A stretch of 64,000 nt of DNA, from assembly GCA_963804955.1 (NCBI GenBank), contig CAWDSQ010000001.1, forward strand, positions 32,001-96,000, read 5' to 3'. The translations under genes were made by a program, and so were the position numbers. Within the stretch, counting starts at the first letter, position 1; every line of letters begins with the position of its first letter. Source of the DNA: an uncultured delta proteobacterium (GTDB lineage Bacteria; Desulfobacterota; WTBG01; CAIYCZ01; CAIRTM01). Below are positions 1 through 12,271 of this stretch, piece by piece. Below the pieces are notes generated by a model. That model searched no databases, was not told where the DNA came from, and saw only the letters and a list, made by a program, of their open reading frames with translations.

Positions 1-803
1 GCCGGGAAATATCGTTATCATTCCCCGCATCTACACCAACAAGCCCCGCACAACGGGCGTAGGCTACAAGGGCATGGTGCACCAGCCTGACCCGCAGAAG
101 GAGCCCAATATCGCCGAGGGCATCAAGGCGATACGACAGATGCATCTGCGGGCGCTGCGCGAATCGCACCTGACATCGGCCGATGAGATGCTGTATCCCG
201 ACAATACGCCGTATCTTGAAGATCTGTTGAGCTATGTGGCCATCGGCGCACGATCGGTTGAAAATCAGCAGCACCGCCTCACGGCCAGCGGCATGGATAT
301 TCCCATCGGCATGAAGAACCCCACCAGCGGCGATGTCGGAGGTGATGCTGAACTCAATTTACGCTGCCCAGCGCTCCCATGTCTTCGTTTATCCCCATTG
401 GGAGGTCCGCACGTCCGGCAATCCCTATGCCCATGCCATTCTGCGTGGAGCGGTTGATTTTTACGGCCACAGTATACCCAACTATCACTATGAGAATCTC
501 ATGCGCGTTGCTGAGAACTATATTGAACGCAACCTTGCAAACCCGACAATTATCATTGATACGAATCATGCAAACTCCGACAAGCACTACCAGGAGCAGC
601 CCCGCATCGGCATGGAAGTTATGCAAAGCAGGCAGCATTCGCCGCTGCTGAAGGATATCGTCAGGGGGCTTATGGTGGAAAGCTATCTGGTGGACGGAGC
701 GCAGAAGGTCTATGAAAATGTGTATGGCAAGTCGATCACCGATCCGTGCATGGGATGGGATGCCACGGAGGCGTTTGTGAAGAATCTGGCCGATGTGGTG
801 TAA
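1..803 (+). CDS. 3-deoxy-7-phosphoheptulonate (DAHP) synthase, class I-alpha (AroF/G/H family); 5'-truncated by window, frameshift near 335
   Basis: Motifs PRIYTNKPRT.G.GYKG, AIGARS, GMKNPTSG, HAILRG, IIDTNHANS, GKSITDPC across two frames. Confidence 0.93.
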
Positions 804-839
804 AGCACGCGTTCAACTATAAACTGGACTTCGTCCTTT

Positions 840-1897
840 TCAAGGAATAAGTTTGTTGTCCACAAGATATCTGTAAAGCTGTTGGGCAATAACCATATAT
901 CCTTGAGGAGTACAATGTCCATCCTTCTCATAATACAAAGTCTTATTTCCCGAGGCTTCCATCATTCCAGGTAATATATCAAAAAACCCCGCATCATGTT
1001 CCATTGCAAATGAAGATAGTCTTTGAGCAGGATAAAAATGAGTTTTATCCCATGGCCCTTTTTGGGGAATATGAATAAACACAATTCGCGGGCTTTGAGC
1101 TCAGCCGCTATTTTAACCATTTTTTGATATTCTAATTCTACAGTCTGCCAATCCTTTTCATAAAATCCATTTGGTTTATATATTTCGTTCCAGTCTCCAC
1201 GAGGTCTGTTTTGCTTCAATGCTCGATATGAGATATATTTTTTCAATGCATATCGACATACATAAGAATTGCTATAAAGAAAAACCCCTATCCTTCCAAG
1301 AGATTTAGCCTCACGAGAGGTGAGAAATCCTGATGGGTCTACGGCCACGGCATCAATTCCTTCATGGGTGTCTGAAACATCATTTGGCAGAAACCCAACC
1401 AAAATAAGATCCGGGTTATATTTTTTTCCATAATGCTGCAGGAGAAGACGTTCTGTTTCCGGGAAATATCGTGGAACCCCCGCTTTGATAATTTCCACCT
1501 TTTTCTGCTTTTCAACACGTTGATTTAACATCGTTTCTAACGTATAGAGAAACGTCTCTTCTAGTTGCGCCCCTGCTCCAAAGGTGAAACTGTCACCCAA
1601 TCCAAGAATCCGAAAAACGTTGCCATTTTTTTCTTCAGTATGCTCAACATCGCGAAAACCAAAACTATTGGTTTCAATATCGTAAACAAATTCACCTGTT
1701 TCTGAACGCTGATGCAGTTTCAGAAACGGGTTCGTTTTATAGGGCAAGACAGGGTCTGATATAAAAATTTTATATAGATTAGTTATTGGCGGCACTAGAT
1801 GAAATACGCGCATTCCTATCTCACCGATGGAGAGTATGATGGTAAAAGTAAAAAAAAGCATGGCAGTGAAAAAAATAAACTTTTTAGATGATTTCAT
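840..1897 (-). CDS. SGNH/GDSL hydrolase-family membrane-anchored protein (frameshift near 1080)
   Basis: N-terminal TM helix, NSFGFRD, LGDSFTFG block I, LPND, C-terminal DGHCTPQG (DxH) in ORF 840..1082. Confidence 0.82.
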
Positions 1898-2374
1898 GTA
1901 ATGTCTTCTGCCTAACGATTAAGCTAAAAGGGTTCCATACTGCGGCTGTTTCAGAAGCCAATATACTTAATCAATTGAACGCCGTAAATGATAATATGGG
2001 TGATTAGACAATGGCGCAGATAGCTGGCCTGTTTATTCCGTGAATACCCCAGCATTTTCCTACTGGGGCGATGGAAGAAAGCGGACTATACAGATCCGAA
2101 CTATTCATTTGAAACCCGGATTTACTATGGCCGCGAACAATGATAAACGAACGTGGGCGGCGCTGTGCAACACCGCGGTTGGCTGATATATACCTCACCT
2201 GTCGGCCATAAAAGATATTTTTTTGTAAGCGGCTTGAGAGCGGCCGCACAACCGGTTCAAGTCATCTTGCCACAAGATGTTAGAGCTCTGACAGATTATC
2301 CTTAACAAAATGGCAATAGATGTTATTTCTTATCAATATTCTTTTGAAGATTAAAATTTGGACATTTAGTATGA

Positions 2375-3813
2375 ATGCTGAAAAGAAGGATTTTTAAAAT
2401 GTTTATATGCATTTTGTGTGGAACAGGTTTGTTGAAATTTTTATTTTTTTGCGGATTGTCATTCACGCTCTTGTCTTTAAATTTTTACACAAACTTTCTG
2501 CGCAGTGCAGAACAAAGCTGGTTTGCATTATTCGACAGGAGTTCCGACGCAGTATCATTGGGACGGCTCGTCAAATCAAAGCAGGATGGCATCTTTTCTT
2601 TTGGGGGGTTGTGCCTTGTTTGGCGTAACCGATGAAGCTACCTGAAAAGATTTGTTATGGTTTTTTAATGACAAATTTGATAACTATGATGCCTATATTA
2701 ACAGCAAAAGAGTAGAGTGTTTTATTCCACCCTATTATTCGCAGATTTGCGGCCAGGGGATTTTTTTCAGCATTTTGGAGAAAATCATTCCTTGTTCTCC
2801 TTCCATTTAACTTTGTATCGTTCATTGCACTGCGGCTGTCTGACGGCCTTAGTTGTTATGGTAATCATAGCTTGGTTCTATGTCGAATTTGGTCTTTTTG
2901 CCGGATTAACAGTCCTTGTTTTTTCGCTCCTCTCGCAATGGCTGACTGTTTTTGCCCGAAACTTATGGTGGTCTACATGGGCTTTTTATATACCCATGGC
3001 TATGGTAATGCTTTACTTCCTGCGCAGAACAAAAAACAGACATACACAGTATTTCAAGCTGGGGCGCGTAGTTTTTTTTTCAGTTCTCATAAAAACGATA
3101 TTTAATGGCTATGAATACATCACAACTACGCTGATTATGATGGTTGTGCCTTTTGTTTACTACAGCGTTTTCAATAAAGAGAGTTTTTCCTCATTTCTCA
3201 ATGGTTTGATAAAAATAACAATGGGCGCGTGTCTTGCCATTGCAGTAAGTATGTGCATTTTGAGTTTGCAAATCGCTTCTATTTCCGGAAATTTTTTAGA
3301 TGGTTACCGCCATTTGACATATACCTTCCAAAAAAGGACCCATGAAAATCTTGCATCTCCCCAAAACCAGTTTCTAGCTTCAAATATCGAAGGGATGCAG
3401 GCATCTACGATGTCTGTGGTTCGTAAATACCTGCATCAGGGGTTTTGCGGTTTTGATTTGAACACATTCAATTCCAGCTCTGGGGCTACTCATACCAGAT
3501 ATTACGTGAGTTATGCGCGTCTGATAGCGCTTTTTGTTTTGATGACATGCTTTTTGTACCTGTTCGCCAAACGAGGTGCAGCCCCGCATATCGCAGCGTT
3601 CCAGCATTAATTATTGCCACCTGGTTTTCCATTTTGGCGCCGCTCTCCTGGTTTGTTGTTTTTAAAGCGCATTCATATTCGCATCCTCAGCTGAATGCTA
3701 TCGTTTGGCAGATGCCGTTCACGTTTTTTGGTGCGGCCATTACGGGCCTTGCGGTAAGAAACGTCTTTTCATGGCTGTGGTCATCTATACGGGAAGCGCT
3801 GCCAACCGGGTGA
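2375..3813 (+). CDS. Polytopic membrane protein, possible GT-C-like glycosyltransferase (split over 3 frames)
   Basis: Consecutive hydrophobic ORFs 2375..2635, 2717..3610, 3547..3813; motifs FARNLWW, NGYEYITT, KAHSYSHPQLN. Confidence 0.6.
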
Positions 3814-3982
3814 TTGCAGACAGGCTCAATTTATTGTTTTCAAATAACCATCGCATCTACGGCCATGGTGGCTGAAAAAGGGAACATACACATACCGTCT
3901 TTTTAATTGCGCCCTTGCAGGATGAAATTCAGGCTGCCCACGTTGGGGGGCTGTTGAAACACCATTAACCAGCAGAGTTCAC

Positions 3983-5091
3983 ATGAAAACGCTATCGCTG
4001 AGAAGCATGAGCAGGCACTTCATCATACTGCTGACATATGCACTGACGGCTTTTTGCGTGCTGCACATTTTTATGCTCAATAATGGCTGGTTTCGCGAGC
4101 TGAAAGATTGGAGCTTCAGCTTTGATAGGATGGTATCATTTACTGCGGACAGGCCTTTTGCCTATCGTGTGCTGATGCCGGCGCTTGTGAATGCCGGCGC
4201 TTGTGTCTTCCCGAAAGACTTTCTCCGTGAGCACAGGCAGTGGCTGATCGAAGGTTCCCCGCTTGTGCGATATTCAAAAAATACATTATTCAGGTATGAA
4301 AGCCTTGCTTTAAAAGTCCATCTGCAATATTTTTACCTCTACCTGTCGCTCGTTTTTTTGTTGTATACCGTCAGATCCATTACAAAATATTTATACACCT
4401 TCCCGGCGGTTTTTGCTGACGCTGCCCCTGCACTTGCTTTATTGTTCCTGCCGCTGACTTTTGCATGGGGGGGCCATATCTACGACTTCCCCGAGTTGTT
4501 GCTTGCAGCGCTTTGCCTGCTGTGCATCATCAAAAAAAAATGGCTGTTTTATTACCCTGTGTTTGTTCTCGCCATCCTGAACAAGGAGGTTAATGTATTG
4601 CTGGTTCTGTTTTTTATTGCTTTTTGCAGGGACACCATGGCAAAAAAAGACCTGCTCAAACACGCTGCGGCACAGGTTTTGATCGGGGCTTTCCTGGTGC
4701 TCTGGATACGGTTTCTTTTTGCCGAAAACCCCGAGATTTTTAATTTAGGAAATTATTGGAAGCACAATATCAGGTATTGGCTGAACCCGAGATCATATGT
4801 TCTTTTTTGGGACGCTTATCACGTGGGGCTGCCGATTTTCCCTCGCGGCTCAAATTTTTTATTAATTGCCCTTACCGCTTTTTTTGTTTTTTATAAATGG
4901 AAAGACAAGCCCGCGCAGGTTAAGCGGCTGTTTATCTATACTTCAACCTTTATGATACCCCTTTTTTTTATGCCGGCTGGGCTGATGAATTAAGGGCGCT
5001 TTCATTAATGTTTCCTGCCATATACTTGCTCGCCGTGTATTCGGTTTATTGCCTGATGTATGCTTCCTATCCTGTCAAAAGGAAGTTTTAA
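3983..5091 (+). CDS. Polytopic membrane protein, GT-C-like (frameshift near 4970)
   Basis: Many TM segments; motifs RPFAYRVLMP, YDFPEL, LNKE; C-terminus continues in another frame as WADELRALSLMFPAIYL. Confidence 0.65.
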
Positions 5092-5113
5092 GCAGCAGGA
5101 AAAAGCGACCTAG

Positions 5114-5329
5114 TAGGCTGTTGAAAAACTCTTTGTTTGCACCAAACACTGCTCATATATTGGGAATGTGCAACAGTGAAAAATTTCATATGATAGACCA
5201 TAAGGACAGCTAAGATTTTCAAGGGGGCACTATGCTTATGCGGGGCAGAGAAAAAACGCAACAGGGTTTTTTAGCTATATATCTCATGAACAAAGCGTAC
5301 CGAAGGGTCATCCCCTCAGACCTATGCTG
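5114..5329 (+). mobile_element. IS5/IS1182-like insertion sequence remnant (left end plus transposase N-terminus)
   Basis: TAGGCTGTTGAAAAA end motif, then MRGREKTQQGF/SYISHEQSVPKGHPLRPM, which resembles IS5-type transposase N-termini; truncated. Confidence 0.7.
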
Positions 5330-5528
5330 GGGCGTTTAACTCAATTTTGTAACCGAAAATCAGAAAACAGTTGAATGCGATAGCTGTATGACTTCATCGC
5401 TTGTCATTCCCGCTTGACGGGAATCCCTTTTGGTGTGCGGAAAAATGATTCCGGGCAAGCCGGAATGATCAAGGTCTGTGTTGCTCGTAAAAACATAAAT
5501 AATGGGTAAAGTAATTTGTTAAATGCTC
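5330..5528. mobile_element. Putative MITE containing a REP-like palindrome
   Basis: Ends GGGCGTTTAAC / GTTAAATGCTC are imperfect inverted repeats; internal GTCATTCCCGCTTGACGGGAATC...GATTCCGGGCAAGCCGGAATGA at ~5403-5470. Confidence 0.5.
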
Positions 5529-5768
5529 AAGCGCACTGCATTCTTTACTGCTGCTGGCAGGAGTAAAAGCAGGGGCCGGTGGTTTTAGATTTAGAGGGGG
5601 CTAAACAAAGAGAGATACGGACTTGATGGCCAGAAAGGACGTCATCGGAAAAAAGCGGAACGATTCAAAAGCCCAATGGCAGGTAAAAAGGTCAGGGCGC
5701 CCAATAATTGCCTTTATCAGGAGCCTGCATCCAATGCCGCCCGGTGATGTATTTTTCTGCGCAACCAT

Positions 5769-6498
5769 TCAATGCTCAAGCTGATAGCCCGCCTTTCGGG
5801 CATCATCCCTGAACATTTTTACCGTTTCCAGAGAGAACTCGTTCAGATCTTTTCCTACGAGATGAAGCTTTCTGAGAATATCCATGGTGACGGTAATAAT
5901 ATGGCAGCCAATTTCGTCGGCTTGAAAAACGTTGAGAAGTTCACGCGGGCTGGCCCAGATCAGTTCCTGGCCGGGATGTTGCCGCAACAGTTCAGCGGCA
6001 GAACTCATGATCGGAACCGGATCACGGCCCGTATCGGCAACCCGCCCTGCAAACAGCGACAGAAAGGCAGGCGCCCCTCCCTGCAGGGATTTGCTCATTT
6101 CCGCAATCTGCTCAAAGGTCGTCATCGCGGTGATATTTAATTGAACTCCCGCCACGGGAGAGCTCGCGAACCAGTTCCGTTGTTGATTCCTTGCGCGTGT
6201 TCGTGACGGGAATCTTAACATACACATTCTTTCCCCAATCCCGGATCAAAAGGGCCTGGCGCTTCATTTCTTCAAGCTCATCGGAAAAAACCTCGAATGA
6301 AATGGGGCGGTCGCAAATAACCTGGAGCACATCAAGCGCAAAAGCCTTATAGTCGTTGATGCCGGCCTTGCCCATCAGGGTCGGATTTGTCGTAAACCCT
6401 TTGATCAGAGGGTTGCGGTACATTTCCACCATTTCGGATTTTACCGCTCCGTCGGCAAAGATTTTTACGCTCAACACTGAAAGTGGTTTCACTGACAT
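5769..6498 (-). CDS. tal: Transaldolase, small TalC/FSA family (frameshift near 6145)
   Basis: IFADGA, GFTTNPTL, ISFEV, VYVKIP (Schiff-base Lys), SLFAGRVAD, WASPRE. Confidence 0.88.
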
Positions 6499-7049
6499 GA
6501 TAGCCTCCCTAAATTTTCCTCAGCAGTTTCAAGAATAATGGAAGCGGCCTCCGCAAACGACCAGACTCGAAAATCAGACGATTCTGGTTGGCGCTCCGCA
6601 TACCCGTTGTCGATAAATATTGTCCGACAGCCGGCGTGCTGCCCGGCCTCGATATCCTTCCAGCGGTCGCCCACCATGTAACTTGAAGCAAGGTCAATAT
6701 CAAACTCCTGCGCCCCGGCAAGCAACATACCGGGACTGGGCTTCCGGCAGTCACAGCCATCACCGCTGTCGTGATAGCACATAATAAAACGATCTATGGG
6801 CATACGTTTTGCCAAATAACCGTTTATCTCCTCAACGACTGCTTGGGGCGTAGCGCCTCGTGCCACATCAGGCTGATTAGATACAACGATTAACACAAAG
6901 CCTGCATCTTTCAATCGCTGCACTGCTTCAACCACGCCCGGCGGAATTTCTACTTCATCAACGCATGAAGGCGGATAGGGTTTCCCTTCTTTTACTACCG
7001 CCCGATTGAGCACGCCGTCCCGGTCAATAAAAACCGCCCGTCTCTTCAT
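6489..7049 (-). CDS. gmhB: GmhB-family HAD sugar-bisphosphate phosphatase
   Basis: FIDRDGVLN, VSNQ, CYH...CDCRKP, MVGDRWKD. Confidence 0.9.
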   Translation of the reverse strand: MKRRAVFIDRDGVLNRAVVKEGKPYPPSCVDEVEIPPGVVEAVQRLKDAGFVLIVVSNQPDVARGATPQAVVEEINGYLAKRMPIDRFIMCYHDSGDGCDCRKPSPGMLLAGAQEFDIDLASSYMVGDRWKDIEAGQHAGCRTIFIDNGYAERQPESSDFRVWSFAEAASIILETAEENLGRLSCQ

Positions 7050-7646
7050 GGAACAGCCGACTCCCACTTGGTCTGATGTGCTTTCAGCTTCGGGTGCGAC
7101 ACTAGCAAATGCCAAATGACAGCTTGAAACGCCTCGGCATGGGGTGTGATGGATTCCGTATTAACCGTCGGCACGATGACACAGGCATCGGCCACCTGCG
7201 CCGTATAGCCGCCATCCCGACCAACGACACCGGCAATTTTGGCGCCAACCGTCTGGGCATACTGCAGCGCCATAACCAGGTTCGGACTGATGTTTTTTTC
7301 GAGGTTGCCGCCGCCAACGGAAAAAATGAACAGTGCATCCCTGGCAGCCAGCTTGCTGGTCTTCAGCCATTCGACAAAAATAGTTGCCCAGCCTTCGTCA
7401 TTGGTTCGCGCGGTCAATTCCGAAACATTGTCCGTCGGAGCATAACGATTCAATGCCGACGATCTTGCGAAAGTCATTCACAGCATGGGAGCAATTACCC
7501 GCGCTGCCGCCAACTCCCAAAAAGAAAATCCTGCCGCCATCGAGCTTTACCGTCGCCAGGATATCTGCCATTTTTTCAATGGCGGCCACGTCTATTTTCC
7601 CGATGATTTCAACAGCCTCATTCAAATGCTGCTGCGCATAACTCAT
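7046..7646 (-). CDS. gmhA: SIS-domain phosphosugar isomerase (GmhA family; frameshift near 7447)
   Basis: GVGGSAGNCSHAVNDFRK, TARTNDEG, SVGGG..SPNL, GRDGG, PHAEAFQ. Confidence 0.85.
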
Positions 7647-8347
7647 GCTTTCCCCCTTTTTCTAAAATAATCAATGGTTTCTTCCAGCCCCTTATGCGAG
7701 CCGATTTCATAAAACCGTTCAAACACCTCATAGCCCGCCAAAGCGCCCTGAACCGAAAGCTTGTGGTACATGTCCGCCAGATCAAAAGGATCATTGGCGG
7801 GCGCATCTTTCAGCACCGCAGCAGACAGAACCCCAAGCCCGTAATCAATGTGCGCCATTTCGGGCCGGGGCGTCTGTTTATTGTATTCTATAATGCATCT
7901 ATCACGAAACAGCACATTGCTCTTATCCCACTGATCATCATTTTTCATCACGGTCATCAACGCCGGCTTTCCGCTTATCAGGAAATCCCGCTCCACGGCC
8001 TGAAAATCGATGGGCAGATAAGAATCGCCGTAAAACACAAAAAATTGCTCACCCAGCAGAGGCAGGGCCTGCCGCAGGGCGCCGCCTGTTCCCAGCAGGC
8101 GCGGGCCATCCCATGAATAACGGACCTGCAATCCAAAGGCGGCACCATCACCCACCACCGCTTCAACTTGTTCACCCAGATAGCTGATACACAGCACCAC
8201 ATGTGTGACACCCTGCTGCTGCAGGTACTCCAGCTGGCGAACGACAAAAGGCTTGCCCGCCACATCGACCAGAGACTTGGGTGTTTTTTCAGTAACAGGG
8301 CGCAGTCTGGTAGCCAGCCCTCCAGCCAAAATGGCAACAGGAAACAT
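7643..8347 (-). CDS. hddC: Sugar-1-phosphate nucleotidyltransferase (HddC/LmbO-like)
   Basis: ILAGGLATRLRP...PKSL, GTGGAL, YGDSY, EIGS. Confidence 0.85.
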   Translation of the reverse strand: MFPVAILAGGLATRLRPVTEKTPKSLVDVAGKPFVVRQLEYLQQQGVTHVVLCISYLGEQVEAVVGDGAAFGLQVRYSWDGPRLLGTGGALRQALPLLGEQFFVFYGDSYLPIDFQAVERDFLISGKPALMTVMKNDDQWDKSNVLFRDRCIIEYNKQTPRPEMAHIDYGLGVLSAAVLKDAPANDPFDLADMYHKLSVQGALAGYEVFERFYEIGSHKGLEETIDYFRKRGKA

Positions 8348-9327
8348 TAGTTTAATACCACCTTCGTGCCTTCAAAGTCAAAGCGGAAGCGCACTTCTTC
8401 CAGCCCAGCTTTGCTCATGGCATGGCGCAGTTTGTTGCGGTCAGCCGCACAAAACATCAGGAAGCCGCCACCGCCGGCGCCCACCAGCTTACCGCCGACG
8501 GCACCGTTCTTTATGCCAAGTTCGTACCACTCGTCAATCGTAGGATTGCTCATGCTGCCGGAGCGCCGCCTCTTTTGTTCCCAGTGCTCGTGCATCAACT
8601 CACCAAACTGAGCCACTTGGCCGTCCTCCAGAGCTTGCCTGCTGCGATAGCCGAGCTCTTTCACAAAATGAAGATTTTCCAGCATTTCTTTATCGCTGCT
8701 CTGCGTTCTGTTTTTTTGATCTTTAAGAATATCGCTCGCGCTGCGGGAGTATCCCGTAAAAAACAAAAGGATATTGTCCTCAAGGTCAAACAGCGTGTCC
8801 ATGGATATTTTTAGAGGAACGGCGGTCACGCTGTCATCTTTATGGAAAGTAAAACAGGTCAAGCCGCCATAGGCTGAAATGTACTGGTCCTGTTTGCCGA
8901 TCGGCTCGCCCAGCCGGTCGATCTCGATGTGGCATGCCAGTTCGGCCAGTTCCTGGGGATGAATCAACCTGTGCCGATGAGCGTGCAAGGCCTCCAGCAG
9001 TGCCGTCGTAAAGCTTCCTGATGAGCCCAGGCCCGTCCCTGCGGGGATATCGGCCAAAGTTGTAATCTCAATCTGCGGGGTTCGCAGCTCCTGCATTCTG
9101 AAGGCTTCACGAATGATGCGGTGCCGTACTTCATCCACCGAAGTCACATGCTCAAGCTCTGAATACTTAAGATAGACACCTTCCGTGAACGGACGCGTCA
9201 CCGTCACATAGACATATTTATCAATGGCGCCAGCGATCAAAAACCCTTCATGTTCCCGGTAATAGGAGGGCAAATCGGTCCCGCCGCCGCCCAGAGTGAT
9301 CCGCAACGGACTACGCGCTATGATCAT
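8347..9327 (-). CDS. hddA: GHMP sugar-phosphate kinase (HddA/LmbP-like)
   Basis: PLRITLGGGGTD, PAGTGLGSSG, GKQDQY, GKLVGAGGGGF. Confidence 0.9.
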   Translation of the reverse strand: MIIARSPLRITLGGGGTDLPSYYREHEGFLIAGAIDKYVYVTVTRPFTEGVYLKYSELEHVTSVDEVRHRIIREAFRMQELRTPQIEITTLADIPAGTGLGSSGSFTTALLEALHAHRHRLIHPQELAELACHIEIDRLGEPIGKQDQYISAYGGLTCFTFHKDDSVTAVPLKISMDTLFDLEDNILLFFTGYSRSASDILKDQKNRTQSSDKEMLENLHFVKELGYRSRQALEDGQVAQFGELMHEHWEQKRRRSGSMSNPTIDEWYELGIKNGAVGGKLVGAGGGGFLMFCAADRNKLRHAMSKAGLEEVRFRFDFEGTKVVLN

Positions 9328-10323
9328 AGCCGGACTCCCTGTAAATTTTCTCCACCACTTTTAATGCTTCGTATGCATCATGCAACCCTGCCGCAGGGTG
9401 TTCTGTTTAACCTGATATCATCGTAGAACTCAGCGATCTCCACCTGCCAGGAATCATCCGCAGTCGGGTATTCCCAGATCGTCGTCTCCGGCGGCCCCAT
9501 CTGGGGCAGCATTTTATAATGCGTTAGCCGCTCTATACCGTAGCTCCCGCCCAAACCGGAAATTTCCAGCTTCCCGTCGCGGCCGTATATCTCCATGGAA
9601 AACAAATTTTTCCATTCCGTGCAGCTTGCATGCAAAAACGCAACCTGCTGTTTAGCTGTTTTTAGCAGCATGAAGCCGTTATCATCGACCGGCATGTCCC
9701 AATAGTATGTATGGGCAAAGCCGTGCACTTCCTCAAACTCTCCCAAAAACCAGCGCGAAAGATCAATCAGATGCGGGCCCTGGTCCATCAACTCGCCGCC
9801 GCCGGAAAGATCCGGGTTGGCCCGCCATTCTTTGTCATACCCGATGCGCCCCCCGTGGCCATAGCGCGCCCGGATGAACATCAGCTCACCTAATTGTCCG
9901 GTTTCAAACAGCTCCCGGGCTTTACGAAAAGCACGGTGATACCGGTGATTGAATCCCACATGCACCTTCACCCCGCTCCGCTCGGCCGCCGCCATGACAG
10001 GTTCAAGCTCCGCAAGACTGTCGCGCGGCCGGTTTTTCAACCAGCACATGCTTTCCTGCTTCAATCGCGGCCCGTGTGATTTCCGCCAGCGAATCATGCA
10101 GGGTGGCGACAAAAACAATTTCAACTTCCGGCACTGCCAAAAGCTCTCGCCAATCGCGCAACACCCTGGCCCCCGAAGCTTTTGCCACATTCCCGGCACG
10201 GACGGCATCAATATCGGCGCAAGCCACCAACCGCCCGCCAGGGTGAAGCGCCCATGCCCGTTTTTGCCCGATCAGGCCACAACCGACAATCCCGACTCCA
10301 AATGGTCTATCAGCAGTGATCAT
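9311..10323 (-). CDS. Gfo/Idh/MocA-family oxidoreductase (frameshifted)
   Basis: GIVGCGLIG, HVLVEKP, GFNHRY, GGGELMDQGPHLID. Confidence 0.85.
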
Positions 10324-11200
10324 TTGTCACCCCAGGTACAACCCCGGTCCCTGCCGGCAATGCGGCGAAGGGTATACATGTCGCTCGATGACAACTCCTC
10401 CAGATGTTCCGGCCAATGCTCCCAGTCGTCCCAAACCGCGCTGATGAGCTTGCCGGTAATCCCCTTGCTTGCATCGGTAGCAAGGAATAGTGCCAGATCC
10501 GCCACTCTGTCCATTGAGGCGCCGCCTTCCGCAAATACTTTTTTGGCAATGGCAAACTCACGTTCACCTGCTGCGTCAGCACCTTTTTTAATACTTCGCC
10601 CAACATTTCCGTCTTCATCGCCCCCGGCGCAATGCAGTTAACGCGAATCCCTAAAGGCCTGGTTTCCTCGGCAAGCGTCTCGCTGAAACGGATCAGTCCC
10701 GTCTTCGCCGTAGCATAGGCACTGAAATTGGCCCTTGGGCCGGTCGCACCACCACCGGAAAGATTGATGATTGACCCACCTCCGGTATCTCTCATCCACG
10801 AAACAAATGCACGGCACAAGGCAACCGGAGCAAGCAAATCAACCTGTATCACCTGCTGCCACAGCGAAAAATCGTTTTCCCACAAAGGGCCCATTGGGCC
10901 CTGAATTGAGGCGTTGTTCAACAGTACATCCAGACGAGGCAAACATGCCCTGACCTTGGCAGCCAATTCCACGACCAATTCGGGATTAGCCAGATCACAA
11001 ACAAAACATATAATCTGCTGCCCTTTCCTATCAGGAAGTGCATGCGCGATTGTATCCAGTCCAACCTTACTACGCGCAATGAGACAAAGATTAAACCCGG
11101 CATCCCAAAAACGGCGGGCCAGAAATTCGCCCAACCCCCTGGAAGCACCGGTAATAAAACATAGGATTTCAATGAGCAAACTGGGCAGCTGTGTTCGTTA
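10320..11200 (-). CDS. Short-chain dehydrogenase/reductase (frameshift near 10590)
   Basis: ITGASRGLG, NNAS, YATAK (YxxxK), VNCIAPG, GITGKLIS. Confidence 0.85.
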
Positions 11201-12159
11201 GTCACTCTCGTCGCCTCAAACACCCATTCATTGGCCCGCAGATACTCCACCGTTTTGATCACCCCATCGCGGATACTGCATTTTGGCTTCCATCCCAGGG
11301 ATTGAATTTTTTTCGTCTCCAGATAAATGAACGGATTGTCACCGATCCAGCCCCGGTCACTGCCCGAGTATTCCAGTTTCGGCTTGACGCCCAGCTCTTC
11401 GCAAATCCAGCCGATGGAGTCATTGACTTCACAGTATCCGTCAACTCCCAGGTTGAAGATATTGACCTTATCGCCCGCCTTGTCCATGGCCAGGAGGATC
11501 GCATCGATGCAGTCCTGAACATACAGATAAGATTTCCGCTGCTTGCCGTTGCCCAGCACCGGCAAGCGCGAGGGATCTGCCTTCAGTTTCTGGTAGAAGT
11601 CGAAAACATGACCGTGGGTATAGCGTTCACCAAGGATGGAAACGAAGCGGAAAATCCAGGACTGAAAGCCAAAACCCTCGCAGTAAGCCGCAATAAAGCC
11701 TTCGCACGCCGCCTTCGAAGCTCCGTAAAGCGAGGTCTGGATGGGGAATGGGCCGTCTTCAGGCGTCGGGACAACGGCTGCCTCGCCATAAACCGAGCCG
11801 GTCGATGAAAAGACGATTTTCCTTATGCTGTTGGCCCGCATGGCTTCCAGGACATTATAGGTAGCGATCGTGTTCTGTTCCAGATCCTTGCGCGGATGTT
11901 CAGTGCCGAAACGAACATCGGCATTGGCCGCAAGATGAAAAACCGCCTGACCACCGGCAAATGACTGCTTCAATGTATCCGGATCAAGCAGATCAATTTC
12001 GCAAAGTCGGAAATTCGATTGCGCCAGCGCCCCTTCCAGAAATCGGCGCTGGCCTGTGGAGAAATTGTCGATACCAACCACTTCATGCCCGCAGGCCAAT
12101 AACCGGTCAGTCAGGTTGCTGCCAATAAACCCCGCTACGCCAGTAACAATATATTTCAT
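11198..12159 (-). CDS. NAD-dependent nucleotide-sugar epimerase/dehydratase (extended SDR)
   Basis: TGVAGFIGS, HLAANADV, FSSTGSVYG, YGASK; ORF-track read-through past ~11200 is probably an indel. Confidence 0.88.
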
Positions 12160-12271
12160 AAAAGCAGCCCCTTTGTTGGAATCCGCATCGTCCTTTAAAG
12201 GCACTTCGGCATAAACGGAGGTTTACTGAACCTCCCAATTTTCAGCCGAAGCAGTACCCGAGCCGCCTTTG

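Noticed and set aside
1908..1932. attC-like half site (TTAGCTTAATCGTTAGGC, minus strand) before the SGNH gene; similar hints near 44375 and 46290
   Set aside because: No matching partner box or full hairpin could be built and there is no integron integrase in the window.
10918..11197. C-terminal extension of the epimerase
   Set aside because: It overlaps the SDR gene in another frame and is probably read-through caused by an indel.
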